DNA from: an uncultured Chthonomonadaceae bacterium
GTDB lineage: Bacteria; Armatimonadota; Chthonomonadetes; Chthonomonadales; Chthonomonadaceae
Reading direction: 5' to 3'
DNA length: 64,000 nucleotides
Assembly: GCA_963835065.1 (NCBI GenBank)
Contig: CAWIEK010000049.1
Location: forward strand, 192,001-256,000
Shown: in pieces, positions 59,553-64,000 of the stretch
How positions within the stretch are numbered: position 1 is the first letter of the stretch
Layout of the letters: each line of letters opens with the position of its first letter
The notes under the pieces: model-generated
Seen by the model: only the letters and a program-made list of their open reading frames with translations
What the model was told of the DNA's origin: nothing
The model's database searches: none
Translations under genes and position numbers: made by a program

Positions 59553-61193
59553 TTATAACGGCGGCAGGTCATCGGGATCAATGGGGTCTTTGCCGTTGGG
59601 AACGGGCTTTGTCGGCGGTTTAGGCGCAGTGGGTGTCGTGGGAACAACCTGAATGGGAACGCGCAGGAGGGTTGTGCCGACGATGGCGGTGATGGTTCCC
59701 GCGCCGGGTTTGCTGCCGATGAAAACGCCCTGCTGGGACATAAAGCCGAAGCCGTCGCCCGTACCCCAAAGAATGTTTTGCGGGGGAATGGGTTTGTTGT
59801 CGCCGTCGAGTACCTGAAAGCGGAAGGGTTGGTCCTGACGCACTTGAACGCCCATGATGTCGGAGGGCGCAATGTGCAGGTCTTGTGTCGTAAATGTGGC
59901 TGAGGAAGCGCCGGCAAGCGGAATTGTGGAAGCCGCCTGTGGATTGCCGTAAATGAGCAGGCCGTCGGCAACCGGGCGTTCGCGTCCATCCGATGGGCTG
60001 TTGACGACGCTGCCGCCTATGACCATTGTGGTGGAGCCGCCGCCGTCGAAGTTCATCGCATTAACTGCGCCTAATCGCTTCATAATCGCGGCCATTTCGG
60101 CAAGGGACGCGCCCTGACTCCATTTTGCGCGTCCGTCTACGGTGACGAGCAGAAGATTGCCTTGAGCGTCCACGCCCGCCGCCGTGCGCGGGTGGCGCTT
60201 ATCAATGAAGTCGGCTTTGCCAAAACCTTCGGCTTCGCCATCTACGGCAATCTGGCCGTTGCGCACGAGAACCGGCCCGCCGCCAACCGCCTGCTCTATG
60301 TCCGTCCATACGGGCACGTATCTGCCTCCCCGCGAGAAATCGGCGCGAGAAGCGTATTTGCCACGCGAGGGTGGGGCGGTATTGGGCGTCACATCAAAGC
60401 GGAAGTGGAGAGTATCGCCCTGCCGACAATGCGCGGACAGCCACGCCGCGCCGTTTCCGACCATAACAATCTGAACATTATGCCCGACGGTTTGCGAAAC
60501 GTTTTCACCGGAGCCGAGGGGAGCAACGCTTTCTACAACACCCTGCGCGGTTTGGCCGAGTTTGACAGGCAAATTAACGTCTCGAAGCGTTACCGCCACT
60601 CCGTTCTTTTCAATGGAAGGCATGGCGGTATATGTGGGCGTCAAGACAATCGCGTCGCCGTCATGCGGAACGCGGTTGATGCCGGTCAGACTGAGCGTGG
60701 CTCCATCCGGCGCGAGCAGCGTTCCGACAGAAAGCAGAACGTTTATTTGGATGCCCTGCCTGCCGATGCCCAGGGCGGCGCGATAGCCGAGTGGCTCACT
60801 GAGGAGTTCGCCGTCGCGTATGGCAAGGCCGAGTGGGTCGCCGGTGAAAGGAAAGAAGTCGGCGTTGACGGCGGCAATGGCATTGTGCCGAATGGCAAGG
60901 CTATGCATCTCTTCGCGGCCTTTTGTCGGGCCGGCAAGCGAGATTACATCCTGCGCCTGCCCGGTTTGCACATGGACGCCGGGCGTGTTCAGGTCAATGC
61001 GGAGGATGTTGATAAGCAGGGGCGCGGTTCCCCCGACAAGTTCCTGCGTGTATTGAATTCCGGGCGCAAGCAGTCGCGTACTGGATTGCGCGTGGGAAAC
61101 GCGCGGTAACAACGGCAGCCCTGCCAGCAGGAGCAGAAAACGGGCAGATATGGTTAATTTGAAAAATTTATGAGAAGAAAAGGAAAAAATCAC
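59553..61193 (-). CDS. Phosphodiester glycosidase (NAGPA) family secreted protein
   Basis: VNADFF, GGGPVLV, HPRTAAG, VDGR, NFDGGGST. Confidence 0.88.
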   Translation of the reverse strand: MIFSFSSHKFFKLTISARFLLLLAGLPLLPRVSHAQSSTRLLAPGIQYTQELVGGTAPLLINILRIDLNTPGVHVQTGQAQDVISLAGPTKGREEMHSLAIRHNAIAAVNADFFPFTGDPLGLAIRDGELLSEPLGYRAALGIGRQGIQINVLLSVGTLLAPDGATLSLTGINRVPHDGDAIVLTPTYTAMPSIEKNGVAVTLRDVNLPVKLGQTAQGVVESVAPLGSGENVSQTVGHNVQIVMVGNGAAWLSAHCRQGDTLHFRFDVTPNTAPPSRGKYASRADFSRGGRYVPVWTDIEQAVGGGPVLVRNGQIAVDGEAEGFGKADFIDKRHPRTAAGVDAQGNLLLVTVDGRAKWSQGASLAEMAAIMKRLGAVNAMNFDGGGSTTMVIGGSVVNSPSDGRERPVADGLLIYGNPQAASTIPLAGASSATFTTQDLHIAPSDIMGVQVRQDQPFRFQVLDGDNKPIPPQNILWGTGDGFGFMSQQGVFIGSKPGAGTITAIVGTTLLRVPIQVVPTTPTAPKPPTKPVPNGKDPIDPDDLPPL

Positions 61194-61420
61194 CGGCGGC
61201 TACCTTCTAAAACAAGGGGTGAGTGTGAATATAGAGTGTCGTATGACGCGCAGTAGAAGCAATGCGCGTCGCGTAAGTTCAAGAGCGGTACGGGATGAAG
61301 CGTTGCGTTTTCAGGCGCGTTTGGCGTACAATGGTTGTGTTTAATTGGCGGCTTGCATCTCGTCTGCACATTCAGCCGTTGCGCATGGTTTGCTTCAGCA
61401 CAGGAAAGGCGCGGAACCGG

Positions 61421-61684
61421 ATGGAAATGCCAAAACTGCAAATTAAAGCGCCTGCCGCAAGCGCTCGGTGCGCGCAGTGTGGCAGCGGCGAGGTGTCGAG
61501 CCTGCCGTTTTTCGCGCTTGGCTGCGGACAAGTGTACCGCGCGATTGCCGACGATGTGATCTGTCGGCGGTGCGGGCATACCGGGCAGCCGGTATACAAA
61601 GGCAGTGGAAACGCAAAACCGCCTGCGACGGGAACGCAGGCGGGGGCAAAGAGCGCGGAGCAAAAGCCGCCCAAATCGGAGTGA
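61421..61684 (+). CDS. Small zinc-ribbon protein (CxxC...CxxC)
   Basis: RCAQCGS...ICRRCGH; GGAAAGG upstream; the 3' end overlaps the tRNA terminator. Confidence 0.5.
   Translation: MEMPKLQIKAPAASARCAQCGSGEVSSLPFFALGCGQVYRAIADDVICRRCGHTGQPVYKGSGNAKPPATGTQAGAKSAEQKPPKSE
61615..61643 (-). terminator. Intrinsic terminator of the tRNA-Pro transcript
   Basis: Minus strand CCGCCTGCG-loop-CGCAGGCGG-TTTT. Confidence 0.65.
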
Positions 61685-61748
61685 CAGGATTCGAACCTGC
61701 GACCTGATCGTCCCAAACGACCCGCGCTACCAACTGCGCCACACTCCG
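61676..61748 (-). tRNA. tRNA-Pro (UGG), CCA not encoded
   Basis: CGGAGTGTGGCGCAGTTGGTAGCGCGGGTCGTTTGGGACGATCAGGTCGCAGGTTCGAATCCTGTCACTCCGA folds as a cloverleaf with anticodon loop TTTGGGA. Confidence 0.95.
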
Positions 61749-61791
61749 GCACGTCCCTGCTTCCACGTTGAATGTGATAGGGACGCCATGT

Positions 61792-61820
61792 ATTATATTC
61801 CAGGCAGGCGCGTAAGTCAA
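61792..61820 (-). promoter_or_regulatory. Sigma70 promoter for tRNA-Pro
   Basis: TTGACT-N17-TATAAT on the minus strand. Confidence 0.8.
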
Positions 61821-61901
61821 GGCTGACGCAGATAATCGCTTCTGCAACCGGCAATACTGGGTTGACAGCAATGATTGCAGTGGGTGAGGAGACACATAGT
61901 T

Positions 61902-63263
61902 GTGAGCAGAAAGCATTATTTTGTTCTGAAGCGTGTTGGGGCGAAGCCGTTCAAGATTGGCAGACGCTTGCTGCCTGCGCTTGTTGTGGGGCTTGTTGGA
62001 ATTGCAGGATTGAGTCAGGCAGGGGCACAGGAGAAGAAAACGTCCGCCTGGCCGCCTCGCGTATTTCCGATTACCGCCTGGTGCAGCCCGCCGGATGCGT
62101 TTATCAACGTGGAGCAGTACCGCAAAATGGCGGATGTTGGCTTGACTATCGTGATGCCGCCGTTTCAGGGAACGGTGAGCGTGGAGCGCAATCGCAAAAT
62201 TTTGGATACGGCCAAAGCGACGGGATTGAAAGCAATCATTCAAGACCCCCGGATGCCCGCGTCGCTATCAGGCAATCCCAGCGCAAAAGCGACCATAGAT
62301 GCCATTGTGAATGATTACAAGCGATATCCGGCGCTGATGGGGTATTTTCTGGCGGATGAACCGGGCGCGGGAAGTTTTGCGGGGTTAGGCGAAGTAGTCG
62401 CGTACCTCAAGCAGATTGACCCGGAGCATGTGGCATATATCAACTTGTTTCCAAATTATGCGTCCAGCAATCAGCAGGCGGCAAACAGCCAATTGGGAAC
62501 GGATACTTATGATCAGTATTTGGACAAGTTTCTCCAGATCGTGAAGCCCGAAATTCTGAGTTACGACCACTACCATTTTGTGAAAGGCGCGGACCGCCCC
62601 GGCTTTATAGCCAATCTTGCCAGCGCGCAGCGGGCAACGGCTACGGGGTCCGCCTTTGAGCGCCCTACGCCGTTTATGCAAATTGTTTTGAGCGTACAAT
62701 TCGATCCTTATCGTTCGCTAACGGAAAATGAATTGCGCTATGAAGCGATGCAGACGCTGGTGTATGGCGGACAAGGGCTGGCTTATTACACGTACTGGCA
62801 GCCTGATTTTCCGAGTTACGCCAGCAAGGACACGATCATGCTGCGCGATGGAACTCCGGGCACATTATACGAGCCTGTCAAGAAGGTAAACCGCGAGGTT
62901 CAGGAACTGGCGAAGTACCTGTATGGCGCAAGCGTGGTAAAGACGTACCTGACGGGCGAGGGAGCGAATGAAGGCACTCCCCTCGGCAGCGAGGGACCGG
63001 TTCGCATCGAGGGCGCGGGCAATCTGAGCATCGGCTGGTTTCGGGGCGCAAAGGGATACTTGTACGCGCTGTTCACCAATCGAGATTATACAAAAGCGGT
63101 CACAGCCAAAGCAACCCTGCATGTGTCCGATCATCCGACGGAACAACTCAATACGGAAACGGGCAAATGGAAACTGCTGACGCAGCCGCGCACCCGTGAC
63201 GGCGAATTGAGCCTTGACTTGACCTTGCCCCCAGCGGGCGCGGTGTTGATCAGGTGGAAGTAG
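61902..63263 (+). CDS. Secreted putative glycoside hydrolase (TIM-barrel type)
   Basis: Signal peptide, GYFLADEP, YINLFP, LSYDHY, YYTYW; GAGGAG RBS. Confidence 0.65.
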   Translation: MSRKHYFVLKRVGAKPFKIGRRLLPALVVGLVGIAGLSQAGAQEKKTSAWPPRVFPITAWCSPPDAFINVEQYRKMADVGLTIVMPPFQGTVSVERNRKILDTAKATGLKAIIQDPRMPASLSGNPSAKATIDAIVNDYKRYPALMGYFLADEPGAGSFAGLGEVVAYLKQIDPEHVAYINLFPNYASSNQQAANSQLGTDTYDQYLDKFLQIVKPEILSYDHYHFVKGADRPGFIANLASAQRATATGSAFERPTPFMQIVLSVQFDPYRSLTENELRYEAMQTLVYGGQGLAYYTYWQPDFPSYASKDTIMLRDGTPGTLYEPVKKVNREVQELAKYLYGASVVKTYLTGEGANEGTPLGSEGPVRIEGAGNLSIGWFRGAKGYLYALFTNRDYTKAVTAKATLHVSDHPTEQLNTETGKWKLLTQPRTRDGELSLDLTLPPAGAVLIRWK

Positions 63264-63345
63264 GGTGTCGGGTGTCGGGTGTCGGGTGTTGGAATACGTA
63301 CCTCCAATAGTGAAATTGTGCAAAATTGCTGTCAAGTGCGACACC

Positions 63346-64000
63346 CTATTTCCCAACCATACTGCGCAGGGCGAACATGAGATTGGCGGGGCGTTCGGCC
63401 ATGCGGCGCATCATGTAGGGATACCAGTGGCTGCCGAAGGGCGTGTACACGCGGACGTTGTAGCCGTCGCGGCGCAGTTGTACCTGCGCATCGCGGCGGA
63501 CGCCGTAGAGCATCTGGAACTCGTAGCGGGATGTGGGAATACCGGCAGTTTCCGCGTAGGCTTGCGTGGCCTCGATCATGCGCGGGTCGTGGGTGGCGAT
63601 GCCGGGATAGTTGCCGTCCTTGAGCAGGCGCTGCATCAGGCGGATGTAGTTGTTGTCCACGTCCTCTTTGTTTTGGAAGGCGACGGTAGGCGGTTCCTGA
63701 TACGCGCCCTTGCACAGGCGAACGCGAACGCCCGAAGCAATCAGTTTTTCTATGTCGTCAGCGCTGCGGTGCAGATAGGATTGGATGACGACGCCTACGT
63801 TTTTATGCGGTTCCGGGCCGTCCCATAGTTTATAGAACAGGTCGAGGGTGCGTTGCGTGTAGTCGGAGCCTTCCATGTCAATGCGAACAAATTGATCCGG
63901 CCCGGCGGCGTTGAGCAGGCGGGTCATGTTGCGGAGGCATAAATCGGGGTTGATGTCCAGTCCGACAGATGTAAGTTTGATGCTCACGTTGGCATCAAGT
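63346..64000 (-). CDS. Proline dehydrogenase (5' end outside the window)
   Basis: VRIDME, RLCKGAY, IATHD, EFQMLYG, YMMRRMAERPAN. Confidence 0.93.
   Translation of the reverse strand, partial: LDANVSIKLTSVGLDINPDLCLRNMTRLLNAAGPDQFVRIDMEGSDYTQRTLDLFYKLWDGPEPHKNVGVVIQSYLHRSADDIEKLIASGVRVRLCKGAYQEPPTVAFQNKEDVDNNYIRLMQRLLKDGNYPGIATHDPRMIEATQAYAETAGIPTSRYEFQMLYGVRRDAQVQLRRDGYNVRVYTPFGSHWYPYMMRRMAERPANLMFALRSMVGK

Noticed and set aside
61600..61750. tRNA-Pro as an integration site of a genomic island
   Set aside because: There is no integrase and no duplicated tRNA 3' end within the window.
739..63291. Short tandem repeats as CRISPR arrays
   Set aside because: Units are 7-10 bp without unique spacers, and no cas genes are present.

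Overview
A GC-rich (roughly 55-60% by eye) bacterial chromosomal window of about 50 genes. The organism is a diderm (kdsB) that also has the c-di-AMP pair cdaA-cdaR. The gene repertoire resembles Armatimonadota, but this is an inference I could not verify. Housekeeping genes include argS, holA, rpsT, ftsY, queA, kdsB, moaA, ridA, tRNA-Pro(UGG), an ATP-dependent DNA ligase and a partial proline dehydrogenase. Envelope and carbohydrate genes include a LysM/SH3/NlpC-P60 hydrolase, Tat-exported Gfo/Idh/MocA oxidoreductases with ApbE, a sugar ABC transporter with a fused binding protein-permease, and a MoxR-DUF58-transglutaminase triad. Accessory highlights: an NLR-like NACHT-LRR gene with an AT-rich LRR module; an apparently nuclease-dead HsdR_N-like protein with an unusual C-terminal domain; a RacA/TubY-like HTH-coiled-coil gene inserted in the ABC operon; a sigma-factor/Rpn chimera that keeps an internally initiated RpnS-like ORF; and a hicBA toxin-antitoxin pair. 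At least five families of intergenic repeats or palindromes are present. Many single-base frameshifts in conserved genes most likely reflect long-read consensus errors. No CRISPR array, rRNA or intact transposase was seen.
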